A stretch of DNA of 64,000 bases from assembly GCA_963826785.1 (NCBI GenBank), contig CAWGYD010000006.1, forward strand, positions 768,001 to 832,000. The letters run 5' to 3'. The stretch comes from an uncultured delta proteobacterium. GTDB lineage: Bacteria; Desulfobacterota; Desulfobacteria; Desulfobacterales; Desulfosalsimonadaceae. The position numbers and the translations under genes were made by a program. This document shows, one piece after another, positions 8,671 through 17,873 of this stretch. Numbering within the stretch: the stretch's first letter is position 1; the number at the start of each line of letters is the position of its first letter. The notes under the pieces were generated by a model. It saw nothing but the letters and a program-made list of their open reading frames with translations. It was not told where the DNA came from and searched no databases.

Positions 8671-10452
8671 TTAAAACGCGCCTGCGGGCATGTCGACGAT
8701 CTCCCGGCCAGGCAGGGTCAGGGTCTGAATGCGGGCCCGGGTCTGGGGTAGCGTCACATCGGCAAACCAGGCAGCCTGGAGGCTTTTGCCGGTGTAAAAA
8801 TCGCTTGTTTTGCCTTGTGCCGCTTTATGGGCGATGATCCCCAGATCGAGCAGCCGCCAGGCCATGATGATGTCGCCGAAGCACTGCAGGGCCGGGTAGG
8901 TGACCGAGGCCCATTGCAGGGGATCGGTCTTCCGGCGGGCGGTCAGTTCGGCTGAAGCGAGATACAGGAGCTCTGCCGTATCTTCAAGGTTTCTGATGTT
9001 TCCGGAAAAAACCGGATGGTCCCGGTGGGATCGGCAGAACCCGGAAAACTCCTGCTTGAATGCGGTAAAGGGGGCACCGCCGTTAATTTCCATTTTCCGC
9101 CCCATCAGGTCGATGGCCTGGATCCCGTTGGTCCCTTCGTAGAGCGACAGAATTTTGACATCCCGCAGGTACTGCTCCAGGGGAAAATCCCTGCAATAGC
9201 CGTATCCGCCCAGGCACTGGATGGCCGTTTCGCAGACCCGAAATCCCGTTTCCGAGCAGTAGGCCTTTACAATCGGCGTCATGAAATCGATCAAATGCTG
9301 ATAATGAGATTTTTCTTCCCCGTCGTCCAGTTCGTGGGCCAGGTCCGACCAGTAGGCGGCGGTGTAGCACATGGAGCGCATGCCATCCACGGCCGCTTTC
9401 ATCGACAGCAGCATCCGCCGGATATCCGGGTGGTCGATGATGGGAACGCTGCCCTGCTTGCGGCCGGCCAGGTCTCTTCCCTGCAGCCGTTCTTTGGCGT
9501 ACGCCAGGGCATTTAAATAGGCGGTGGAAGCCATGGCCATGCCGGAAACTCCCGTGTTGATGCGGGCGGAGTTCATCATCTGAAACATGTGGGAAAGCCC
9601 CTGGTTTTCCCTGCCGCACAGGTACCCGATGCAGCCGTCTTTGGCGCCGAACTCCAGCTGGCAGGTGGGCGAAGCGTGCAAGCCCAGCTTGTGTTCGATT
9701 CCCCGGCAGACCACGTCGTTTAATTCACCCGCGGACCCGTCCGGGTTGACCCTGTACTTGGGGACAATAAACAGCGATATGCCCCTGACCCCTTCGGGCG
9801 CTCCTTCGATACGGGCCAGCAGCAGGTGCACGATGTTATCGGTCAGGTCGTGGTCCCCCCAGGAGATGAAGGTTTTAATGCCCTTGATCTTGAAGCCCTC
9901 CCCGTCTCTGAATGCGGTGGTTTTGATGTCGGCCAGGTTGGACCCTGCTTCGGGTTCGGTGAGACACATGGTGCCGGTCCAGTCGCCGCCGTAGCATCTG
10001 GGCACAAACCGTTTTTTGAGAGTTTCTTCGGCAAAGGTTTCGATCAGGTGGGCCGCACCGTGGGTGAGGCTCGGGGCCATGTTGAACGACTGGCAGGCCC
10101 CGTACATGATGTCATTTACCACGATGCGCATCATGTTGGGGAATCCCTGGCCGCCGTAAGTGGTGTCCCGGGCGATGGCCACCCAGCCGTCTTCGCCGAC
10201 CCGGCGGTAGGCGCGCCTGAATTCCTCGGGGCAGGATACCTTTCCGTTTTCAAAGGTGACCCCGGCGGCTTCCCCGATTTCCTGCAGCGGGTCCACCACT
10301 CCCCGGGCAAAGGTGACAGCTTCGGTAACCAGCAGGTCCAGGGCTTTTTCCGAAAGATCCGCATAACGGGGCAGGCTGCACAGCGAGCCGTAGTGGAGCT
10401 GGTCCTTTAAGATAAAAAACAGGTCCTTGGGATTAATCTTAAAATTTGTCAT
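8671..10452 (-). CDS. Large (~590 aa) acyl-CoA dehydrogenase
   Basis: GTMCLTEPEAGS, FISWGDHDL, EHKLGLHASPTC, LYEGTNGIQAIDL. Confidence 0.95.
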   Translation of the reverse strand: MTNFKINPKDLFFILKDQLHYGSLCSLPRYADLSEKALDLLVTEAVTFARGVVDPLQEIGEAAGVTFENGKVSCPEEFRRAYRRVGEDGWVAIARDTTYGGQGFPNMMRIVVNDIMYGACQSFNMAPSLTHGAAHLIETFAEETLKKRFVPRCYGGDWTGTMCLTEPEAGSNLADIKTTAFRDGEGFKIKGIKTFISWGDHDLTDNIVHLLLARIEGAPEGVRGISLFIVPKYRVNPDGSAGELNDVVCRGIEHKLGLHASPTCQLEFGAKDGCIGYLCGRENQGLSHMFQMMNSARINTGVSGMAMASTAYLNALAYAKERLQGRDLAGRKQGSVPIIDHPDIRRMLLSMKAAVDGMRSMCYTAAYWSDLAHELDDGEEKSHYQHLIDFMTPIVKAYCSETGFRVCETAIQCLGGYGYCRDFPLEQYLRDVKILSLYEGTNGIQAIDLMGRKMEINGGAPFTAFKQEFSGFCRSHRDHPVFSGNIRNLEDTAELLYLASAELTARRKTDPLQWASVTYPALQCFGDIIMAWRLLDLGIIAHKAAQGKTSDFYTGKSLQAAWFADVTLPQTRARIQTLTLPGREIVDMPAGAF

Positions 10453-10521
10453 GTGTTCGCCTTTTTTCATTCACAATTGCCAATGGTGAATCGCCAATCG
10501 TTTGAAAAGCAGTCGTTGGAA

Positions 10522-11391
10522 TCATTTTTTCTTTTCTTCCAGGGTGTAATCATACCATCCCCTGCCGGTTTTTTTCCCCAGGTGGCCGGCCTTGACCTTC
10601 CGCCGCAGCAGAAGCGGCGGGTACCATCGAGGATCGCCGGTTTCGTGGAACATGGCCATCAGCGCCCCATAGGTGACATCGAGGCCCACCATGTCCCCTG
10701 TTTCAAAAATTCCCATGCGCCGTCCCGAAGCGAGTTTGAGCCCCTTGTCGATATCCTCGATGGTGGCCACCCCTTCTTCCACCAGACGCATGGCCTCCAT
10801 GGTGGAAGGCATGTTGATCCGGTTGATCACAAATCCGGCCACGTCCCGGTTGACCATGATCGGCTCTTTGCCCAGTTTCAGGACGAATTCCCGCCCCGTC
10901 TGCTGTGTTTCCCTGGAAGTGAGCATCCCCTTGATCACCTCCACTGCCATCATCATGGGCACCGGGGAGAAGAAATGAAGCCCCAGCACGTTCTCCGGGC
11001 GCCTCGTGACCGCGGCCAACTCGGTGATGGGAATGGCCGAGGTGTTGCTGGCCAGGATCGCTTCCGGGGAGCAGACCTCATCGAGCTGCTTGAAAATCCT
11101 GGTTTTGAGCTCAAGATTCTCGTTGACCGCCTCGATCACCAGGTCGGCCGAGGAGGCATCATTTAGGTCCGTCATGGCCGATATCCGGTTCATGATGGTC
11201 TCTTTGCCCTCCAGCAGCTTTCCTTTTTCCACCAGCTTGCCCACCGACCAGCCGATATTCTTCATGGCGTTGTCGTGGACTTCGGTGGAGACATCGTGCA
11301 GAAATACGGAAAATCCGGCCTGGGCGCACACCTGGGCGATGCCGCTCCCCATCAGCCCGGCGCCGACGACAAATACGGTGTTGATTTTCAT
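10522..11391 (-). CDS. 3-hydroxyacyl-CoA (3-hydroxybutyryl-CoA-type) dehydrogenase
   Basis: GAGLMGSGIA, LASNTS, GLHFFSPVP, GFVINR. Confidence 0.93.
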   Translation of the reverse strand: MKINTVFVVGAGLMGSGIAQVCAQAGFSVFLHDVSTEVHDNAMKNIGWSVGKLVEKGKLLEGKETIMNRISAMTDLNDASSADLVIEAVNENLELKTRIFKQLDEVCSPEAILASNTSAIPITELAAVTRRPENVLGLHFFSPVPMMMAVEVIKGMLTSRETQQTGREFVLKLGKEPIMVNRDVAGFVINRINMPSTMEAMRLVEEGVATIEDIDKGLKLASGRRMGIFETGDMVGLDVTYGALMAMFHETGDPRWYPPLLLRRKVKAGHLGKKTGRGWYDYTLEEKKK

Positions 11392-11422
11392 GATATCCTC
11401 CTATGAATGGTTTATCTACAAA

Positions 11423-11656
11423 GCAGGTTCTTCAATATCCGGGATTACGGCGGACGAGCCCGCGGGGAGAAATCTGTTCGCTCAGCGATCTTTTTGCCGG
11501 CCAGGCAGCCGGTCAGTTGACATGATCAAGAAAATTGATCAACGAATCCCGGTCTCTGCATTTTAGGCAAAAATCTCGAATTCGCTCCCAGACTCCTCCC
11601 CACGGGCTCGTCAGGGTGCGCCTGTAAATGCCCGCAAGCTGTATTTTCGAAACTGC
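11423..11656. repeat. ~230-bp nested hairpin element (different family)
   Basis: IR GACGAGCCCGCGGGGAG (11453-11469) / CTCCCCACGGGCTCGTC (11596-11612). Inner arms TTTTTGCC/GGCAAAAA and TGATCAA/TTGATCA. Confidence 0.7.
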
Positions 11657-11782
11657 TAATCTTTTACATTCCGATTAATTCAGGCGCATTGCGTTCTGGA
11701 CCCCAGCCTTCGCGGGGGTGACGGTCAAATCAAGCGACACTGGGATTGCCCGAATAAACAATATTAGAATTGCATGGCCCGA

Positions 11783-11965
11783 GACCTGTCTGTGGGTTTC
11801 TCCCGGCGAACATTGCTTCATTATTTTGCGAATGCTTCATGGCGAAACGGAGCGGCCGCATCCTGGACTGTCTGAGCCGGCAGGCGAGTTTCCAGGATGC
11901 AGCGAAGTGAGCCATAGAAGCATCAAAATAATGAACAGTGAGCGGGAGATACCCGCAGGCTGGTC
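11783..11965. repeat. ~185-bp nested palindromic element, copy 2 (inverted relative to 3061-3247)
   Basis: Its reverse complement aligns end to end with 3061-3247, including the flanking GAGGC and the loop AACTCGCCTGYCGGCTCARACA. Confidence 0.9.
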
Positions 11966-12089
11966 GCCTCGATTCCACAAAATCCCATGTCCTCGCTCCC
12001 CCATAAACTTCATGGTTTTTTTCATGCCGGTACTCGTGAAATATGACATCAAGATCCTGCTGACAAACATCGTGAAGCAAAAGCAAATG

Positions 12090-12884
12090 CTATTTGCGAA
12101 ATTTATTGAAATCCGGCTTGCGCTTTTCCATGAAGGCATTTTTGCCTTCCAGGGACTCTTCGGTGTTGTAGTACATGGAAAGTCCCCCCACCCCCAGGTG
12201 GGTGATGCCCACCACGCCGTCGGTTTCCGCGTGAAAGGCGTATTTGAGCATCTTTAATGCCGTGGGACTTTTGGCCAGGAGTTCTTCGCACCACTTGTCC
12301 ACCTCCGCATCCAGCTGGTCGGGCGGCACCACCGCGTTGACCAGGCCCATGTCATAGGCCTGCTGCGCGGTGTATTGCCGGCACAAGAACCAGATCTCCT
12401 TGGCCCGCTTCAGCCCCACGGCCCGGGCCAGGTCGCCGGTGCCGAAACCCGGGTCGAAGCTTCCCACCCTGGGGCCGGCCTGGCCGAATTTAGCCGTCTC
12501 GGAGGCGATGGAAAAATCACACACCACATGAAAGACATGCCCCCCGCCGATGGCATATCCGTTGACTCGGGCGATCACCGGCTTGGGGATGGTGCGGATC
12601 AGGGTGCTCACTTGCTGCCAACCCACCTCCAGGGGAAGCGCCGCCACGGTTCCCGCGTATCCGCCTGCCGCCCGGATGGACTGGTCCCCGCCGGTGCAGA
12701 AGGCTTTTTCCCCGGCTCCCGTCAGGACGACCACGCCTGTGCCGGCATCCACCCAGGCATCGGTCAGGGCCTGGGTGAGTTCATAGATGGTGGTGCTGGT
12801 GCAGGCATTGTACTTTTCGGGCCGGTTGATGGTGATCTTCGCCACCCCGTCTTTTTTTTCGTACAGGATCTCGGTAAATTCCAT
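12090..12884 (-). CDS. badI: BadI-like ring-cleaving hydrolase (crotonase, MenB/BadI family)
   Basis: AFCTGGDQS and GSFDPGFGT are BadI-like rather than MenB (GGDQK/R, DGGWG). Context is beta-oxidation, with no men genes. Confidence 0.68.
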   Translation of the reverse strand: MEFTEILYEKKDGVAKITINRPEKYNACTSTTIYELTQALTDAWVDAGTGVVVLTGAGEKAFCTGGDQSIRAAGGYAGTVAALPLEVGWQQVSTLIRTIPKPVIARVNGYAIGGGHVFHVVCDFSIASETAKFGQAGPRVGSFDPGFGTGDLARAVGLKRAKEIWFLCRQYTAQQAYDMGLVNAVVPPDQLDAEVDKWCEELLAKSPTALKMLKYAFHAETDGVVGITHLGVGGLSMYYNTEESLEGKNAFMEKRKPDFNKFRK

Positions 12885-12955
12885 GATGATGCCTCCCTGT
12901 ATAGAATAAGTTTACATCTTAATAACTTCTCGCTTTTCATCGATTCCGACTTCTC

Positions 12956-12987
12956 CGTGCACGTGCACGTTCACGTTCACGAAAAAA
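12956..12987. repeat. GTGCAC/GTTCAC hexamer tandem repeat
   Basis: CGTGCACGTGCACGTTCACGTTCACGAAAAAA. Related copies at 63157-63186 and 60709-60753. Confidence 0.75.
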
Positions 12988-13008
12988 GTGGAATTTCTGG
13001 AAAGCGAT

Positions 13009-14151
13009 TCATAGATTCATACTGCGTGCGATCAGCTCCTTCATCAGCTCGTTGGCGCCGCCGTAGATGCGCTGCACCCGGGCATCCACGAAGTATCTGG
13101 AGATGGGATATTCGGTCATGTAGCCGTAGCCGCCGAAAAACTGGAGGCATTTGTCTGCAGTCTCAAACTGAAGATCGGTCATCCAGTACTTGGCCATGGA
13201 AACCTCTTTGACCAGGTGTTCGCCCGCCATGTGCCGGGGAATGAGATCGTCTAAAAATGATCGGGCCAGCTGGATTTGAGTGGCCAGTTCCGCCAGGGTG
13301 AACCGGGTGTTCTGGAAATCGCTTATGGATTTTCCAAAGATTTTGCGGTTCTTGACGTAATCGATGGTGATGTCCAGTGCGCCGGCGGCCGCCGCGCAGG
13401 CGCCGATGGCCAGCACCAGGCGTTCCTGCTGGAGATTGTGCATCAGGTATTTGAACCCTTCGCCCTCCTTTCCCAGCAGATTTTCCGCGGGCACCCGGCA
13501 GTCGTCAAAGAAGATCTCCGAGGTGTCCTGGGCGTGCATGCCGATCTTTTCCAGGTTGGTGCCCCGGCGATACCCCCTGGAATCCGCCTCGATCACCAGC
13601 AGGCTGATGCCGTCGTGGGGCCTATGGGTGTCCGCGGTCCGCACGGCAGTCACGCACAGGTCCGCCAGCTGGCCGTTTGAGATGAAAATCTTGGACCCGT
13701 TCACCACGTAATGGTCCCCGTCTTTTACTGCGGTGGTGGAAAGGCGGGCCAGGTCGGACCCGGCATCGGGTTCGGTCATGGCCACCGCCAGGATGGACTG
13801 GCCGGAAACGCATCCGGGAATCCACTTTTTTTTCTGCGCTTCACTGGCATAGAGTTCGATGTAGGGAAACACGATGTCGTTGTGCAGCGGCCAGAACAGG
13901 CTGGAGACCCCGTGGTAGTACATTTCCTCGGTGATCACCGTGGAGTAGAGGAAATCACCCCCCGGCCCGCCGAAGCGCTCTTCCGCGGTGGGGCACAGCC
14001 ACCCGTTTTTTCCCGCCTCGATCCAGATCTCCCGGGGGGTGATGCCCGCCTTTTCCCACTCGCCGTACGCGGGGATGACTTTTGACTTCAGGTACTGCCG
14101 AAAGGATTTCCGGAACATGTCATGTTCCTTTTCAAATATCCGCCTTTTCAT
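13009..14151 (-). CDS. Acyl-CoA dehydrogenase (long-chain/FadE-like)
   Basis: AMTEPDAGSDL, KIGMHAQDTSE, LQQERL, RIYGGANE. Confidence 0.95.
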   Translation of the reverse strand: MKRRIFEKEHDMFRKSFRQYLKSKVIPAYGEWEKAGITPREIWIEAGKNGWLCPTAEERFGGPGGDFLYSTVITEEMYYHGVSSLFWPLHNDIVFPYIELYASEAQKKKWIPGCVSGQSILAVAMTEPDAGSDLARLSTTAVKDGDHYVVNGSKIFISNGQLADLCVTAVRTADTHRPHDGISLLVIEADSRGYRRGTNLEKIGMHAQDTSEIFFDDCRVPAENLLGKEGEGFKYLMHNLQQERLVLAIGACAAAAGALDITIDYVKNRKIFGKSISDFQNTRFTLAELATQIQLARSFLDDLIPRHMAGEHLVKEVSMAKYWMTDLQFETADKCLQFFGGYGYMTEYPISRYFVDARVQRIYGGANELMKELIARSMNL

Positions 14152-14178
14152 TGAGCCTCCTGGTAGGGTTATTCAGAT

Positions 14179-14793
14179 TCATGGAACCTGGCAAAGCAGG
14201 TGCTGCTCGACGAACCGCTCCAGTTCCCGGGTGTGGTTCTGGATGATTTCAGTGAATATATCCGGCGCCAGAAGCCGCTTCATGGTGGGTAGAGAGATCA
14301 CCAGATACCGGTGTGCGCCCAGCAGCTGAAGGATAAACACTTCCGGGTGAAACGGCTTGAAAATTGATTTCTGCTGACCGGAGCGGACGATGCCGGTGAG
14401 TTCTGTGAAATAATCGCCGAAAAACCATTTTCGGGCTTTTTCGATCCGGCGGGGGTTGTCCAGCAGTTCCCTGAGCAGGATCTGATCCCGGTTGGGTTTA
14501 TCTATGGAACTCTGGGCGAGAAGATGCAGAAACTGTTTCAGCTGCACTTTTTCATCCGGATAGCGCGCACGGATGGACTGCACTTCCCGGGTCATTTCAT
14601 CGGCAAGTCTTTTCAGCACCGCGCCATAAAGCTTTTCCTTAGAAGGATAATGATGCAGCAGGGTTGATTTGGCCACCGGCAGGCGCTCGGCCACCAGCCG
14701 GATGCTGGCGCCGTAAAATCCTTTTTCCGCAAATACCGATTCGGCGATTTCAAGCAGCCGCTGCGCGGTATCCGATTCATGCCCTTTATTCAT
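14179..14793 (-). CDS. TetR/AcrR family transcriptional regulator
   Basis: N-terminal HTH: AESVFAEKGFYGASIRLVAERL...LLHHYPSKEKLY. Confidence 0.93.
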   Translation of the reverse strand: MNKGHESDTAQRLLEIAESVFAEKGFYGASIRLVAERLPVAKSTLLHHYPSKEKLYGAVLKRLADEMTREVQSIRARYPDEKVQLKQFLHLLAQSSIDKPNRDQILLRELLDNPRRIEKARKWFFGDYFTELTGIVRSGQQKSIFKPFHPEVFILQLLGAHRYLVISLPTMKRLLAPDIFTEIIQNHTRELERFVEQHLLCQVP

Positions 14794-14830
14794 ACAAGGA
14801 TTTCCTTTTTACGGGTGCTTGCCTGAAAAC

Positions 14831-14859
14831 AAACTACCGACCGATCGGTAGAGAGTCAA
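14831..14859 (-). promoter_or_regulatory. Sigma70 promoter with a TetR-type operator in its spacer
   Basis: TTGACT-N17-TAGTTT on the minus strand. Palindrome CTACCGA-N4-TCGGTAG at 14834-14851. Confidence 0.72.
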
Positions 14860-14973
14860 GGCAAAAAGCAGATTAAAAATCGAATCGTCTGATAATATAT
14901 CGATCTATAAGAACTTTTTTTCTGTTTTTTCTTAAATTTATTTTTGAAAATTTCAGGCGGGATCTATGTTGAT

Positions 14974-16353
14974 TTAAATTCCGAGAAAGAGGCGAATGGT
15001 ATAAAAAAAGATCAGCAATCCGGTAATATCCACGATGGTGGTCAGGGCGGGGCTGGCAATGACGGCAGGATCTTGTTTGAACCCGGACACGATCAGGGGA
15101 AGGAATGCACCGATGATGGTGGCGGAGATCACCTGAAGCGCCAGGGCCGCAGAGACAGACAGGGCAATGGTAATCATGGAAAACCCCTGGGGAAGAACCG
15201 TCTGGCCGTTGAACAGCCAGACGCGTCCAAAGGCAAGGATCCCCAACACCAGGGCGAGGGGAACGGCCACCTGAAATTCCTTGGCCAGCACCCGCAGAAT
15301 ATCCCTGGCGGAAATTTCCTTCAAGGCCAGCGCCCGGATGACCAGGGTGGCGGATTGGCTGCCGGTGTTGCCGCCGGTATCGGCCAGCATGGGGATGAAA
15401 CTGGCCAGGAGAGTGAACTGGAGGATGAGCCCTTCGAAGTTCTGGACGATAAACCCCGATATCAGCCCGAAACCGGCCAGGACAATGATCCACCCGCACC
15501 GCCGTTTGAAATGCTCCAGGGGAGATGTCCGCAGGTAGTCCCCCGCCTCATGGGGGCCGGCAATGGCCATGAGTTTTTCGAGGTCTTCGGTCTGTTCCTG
15601 GGTGATGATATCGATGGCATCATCATAGGTGATGATGCCCACCAGCTGATCCTGGGAATTGACCACCGGAAGCGCAATCAAATCATACTTCTGGAGTTTG
15701 CGGGCCGCGTCTTCCTGGTCATCGGATACCTGTGCCAGGATGACATGGGTGTTCATGATCTGGCCGATCAATTCGGACGGGCCGGCCAGGATCAGGTCCT
15801 TCAAGGATACCAGCCCCACCAGCTTTTTCTCGTGATCGGTCACGTAGGCATAATAAATCGTTTCCTTGTCCGGGGCCACCCGGTGCAAGTGTTCGATGGC
15901 GCTCCTGACGGTAAATTCCGGCGACAGAGCGACATAATCCGATGTCATGGCCGATCCGGCCGTCCCTTCCCGGTAGGCGGCCAGACGCAGGATATCCTCG
16001 CGCTCGGCTTTGGCCAGGGCCGGGATCAGCACTTCCTGGATATGTTCGGGAAGTGCCTTGAACAGGTCGGCCCGGTCATCGGCGGGAAGATCCGTGAACA
16101 GGGTGGAGAGTTCCTGCCGTTTCAGGGAATTGGCGATATTGAGCTGGGTTTCTTCCCGCAGGTGGGAAAAGGTGTCCGCACGGTCTTCCGGAGGCAGGTA
16201 GGTCAGCAGTTCCCAGGCATCCTTGGGGGGAAAGCCGGACAGAATCTCTGCAAGGTCCCGTGCGTGAATGGATGCGCATACGTCCCTAATGGACCGGGCA
16301 TCTTTTCTGGAATAAAGATCTTGAATCTGTGAAGAAACGGGGTTTGCTTCCAT
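14974..16353 (-). CDS. mgtE: Magnesium transporter MgtE
   Basis: N-domain, CBS pair, and TM motifs ADTGGNTGSQSAT and DPAVIASPALTTIVD. Confidence 0.95.
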   Translation of the reverse strand: MEANPVSSQIQDLYSRKDARSIRDVCASIHARDLAEILSGFPPKDAWELLTYLPPEDRADTFSHLREETQLNIANSLKRQELSTLFTDLPADDRADLFKALPEHIQEVLIPALAKAEREDILRLAAYREGTAGSAMTSDYVALSPEFTVRSAIEHLHRVAPDKETIYYAYVTDHEKKLVGLVSLKDLILAGPSELIGQIMNTHVILAQVSDDQEDAARKLQKYDLIALPVVNSQDQLVGIITYDDAIDIITQEQTEDLEKLMAIAGPHEAGDYLRTSPLEHFKRRCGWIIVLAGFGLISGFIVQNFEGLILQFTLLASFIPMLADTGGNTGSQSATLVIRALALKEISARDILRVLAKEFQVAVPLALVLGILAFGRVWLFNGQTVLPQGFSMITIALSVSAALALQVISATIIGAFLPLIVSGFKQDPAVIASPALTTIVDITGLLIFFYTIRLFLGI

Positions 16354-16410
16354 TGCTCACCTCTACCGCTGCTGTGTCGAACCCGGGCGGAGGCTTGCAA
16401 AGACGGTAAA

Positions 16411-16491
16411 TCAGTCGATGGGCGTCCCCGACCGGCGGGTTGCGGGTATTTTAAAAAATTTGTGCGGACTGTAAGGGTCTGCCTCGTTCAT
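16411..16491 (-). CDS. Putative mgtE leader peptide, 26 aa (MNEADPYSPHKFFKIPATRRSGTPID)
   Basis: GAGG SD 7 nt before the ATG. Four Pro codons. Stop is 57 nt upstream of the mgtE start. Confidence 0.55.
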   Translation of the reverse strand: MNEADPYSPHKFFKIPATRRSGTPID

Positions 16492-16581
16492 TCAGTCGCC
16501 TCAAAAACGATTTTTGGTTTACAGATTGCGTTCAAATGGCCTTCTTGTAAGCTGTTTAAAACAATTTGTCAATTGCGACTT

Positions 16582-17439
16582 CTAGTAGATCTTGCGTCTG
16601 CCGAAGGTCGATCCCAGGACATTAAAGGTATTCTCCACGATAAACAGGGCGTTGGCGTCTATGGTAAATACCGCTTCCTCCATCCGCTTGAGCATGATGT
16701 TGTTGGTGATGGCCATCAGAATTTCCCGGTCCTGGTTCTTGTATGCGCCCCGGGCCTTGATGTAGGTCGCCCCCTGTTTCAAATTTTCAAGTATGATCCT
16801 GGCAATCTCCTCATTCTTGTCGCTGATGATCATGACGATTTTCCGCTGACTGAACATGGCCAGCATATAGTCGATGGAAACCGAAGAGATAAAAACAACG
16901 ATTAAAGATGCGATCACCAGATCGATTTCAAAGCGGATCAGAAAGAAAACGAACAGGATCGAATTGAAGATCAGATAGAACCGGCCGATTCCAAAATTGA
17001 ATCGTTGATTCAAAATGACGGCGATCACATCCAGACCGCCGCCGGAGCCAAGGGAGCGCAGGATCAGTCCGCTGCCCGCCCCGCACAGGAACCCGCCGGC
17101 AATGGCGGCGTAAAGTTGATCATGGATTTTAAGATTATAACTGATCAGATATGAGGAAATAGTGATCAGAAGAGCGGCATACAGGCTGTAAAAGAAAAAA
17201 CGCCGGCTGATCAAAAACCAGCTGATCACAAACAGGGGAATATTGAGCAGCATAAACCAGAACTCCGGGGAAAAGGCCGGATGGGAGTAATGGATCAGCA
17301 GGCCGATGCCATAGAGTCCGCTGGTGATAAAGTTCTGCTGAATCACCACGGCCTTGGCGCCGAAGGAAAACAGTACAGCGCCGGCCGTGATCAGCATAAG
17401 GTTGTAGAGGGGTCGGTATCTGAATTCGGTCGAATCCAT
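16582..17439 (-). CDS. YitT family membrane protein
   Basis: LLNIPLF, GSGGGLDVIAVIL, and C-terminal DUF2179-type GATYIKARGAY...IDANALF. Confidence 0.92.
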   Translation of the reverse strand: MDSTEFRYRPLYNLMLITAGAVLFSFGAKAVVIQQNFITSGLYGIGLLIHYSHPAFSPEFWFMLLNIPLFVISWFLISRRFFFYSLYAALLITISSYLISYNLKIHDQLYAAIAGGFLCGAGSGLILRSLGSGGGLDVIAVILNQRFNFGIGRFYLIFNSILFVFFLIRFEIDLVIASLIVVFISSVSIDYMLAMFSQRKIVMIISDKNEEIARIILENLKQGATYIKARGAYKNQDREILMAITNNIMLKRMEEAVFTIDANALFIVENTFNVLGSTFGRRKIY

Positions 17440-17873
17440 TCTGATCCTGTGCGAATATGTTGTAAGTGTTCTAAAATGAATACAAAAAGAATTTGCCATA
17501 AAGACCGGGCACTGCGGTTTCATCCCCGCCTTATCGCTTCTGAATTATTTTTTCAAGCATATTGCATAAGGATAGAAAGGAAACGCGTGAAGGCAGAAAG
17601 CGGGAAAAGAGGGGCCGCCTGTTTATCCTCATGGATAAAAATCGACTCAAGATTTTAATTCCTAAAGCGATGGTTCCAAATACTGTCCAGACTGCCCGCA
17701 AGTACAGGATGTACCCCATATATTTCATTTCAGATCTTCTTTAAGGTAGCAGGCATCTCTTCAATGCCAGGGCGCAGCCGTGGCCCGTGATCCTTAAGTC
17801 ATAAACATCTGTCAAAAAAAATTGTGATAACTTCATTTATTCGCTTTTATTGACGATTGTGAAAGGATGCCCG

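Noticed and set aside
11718..12257. ORFs 11718-12257, 11730-12086, 11837-12139, 2859-3158 and 3064-3303 that resemble each other
   Set aside because: The similarity comes from translating the shared palindromic repeat, not from a protein family.
12090..12884. menB (naphthoate synthase) call
   Set aside because: GGDQS and DPGFGT motifs and the beta-oxidation context favour a BadI-like enzyme. No men genes nearby.
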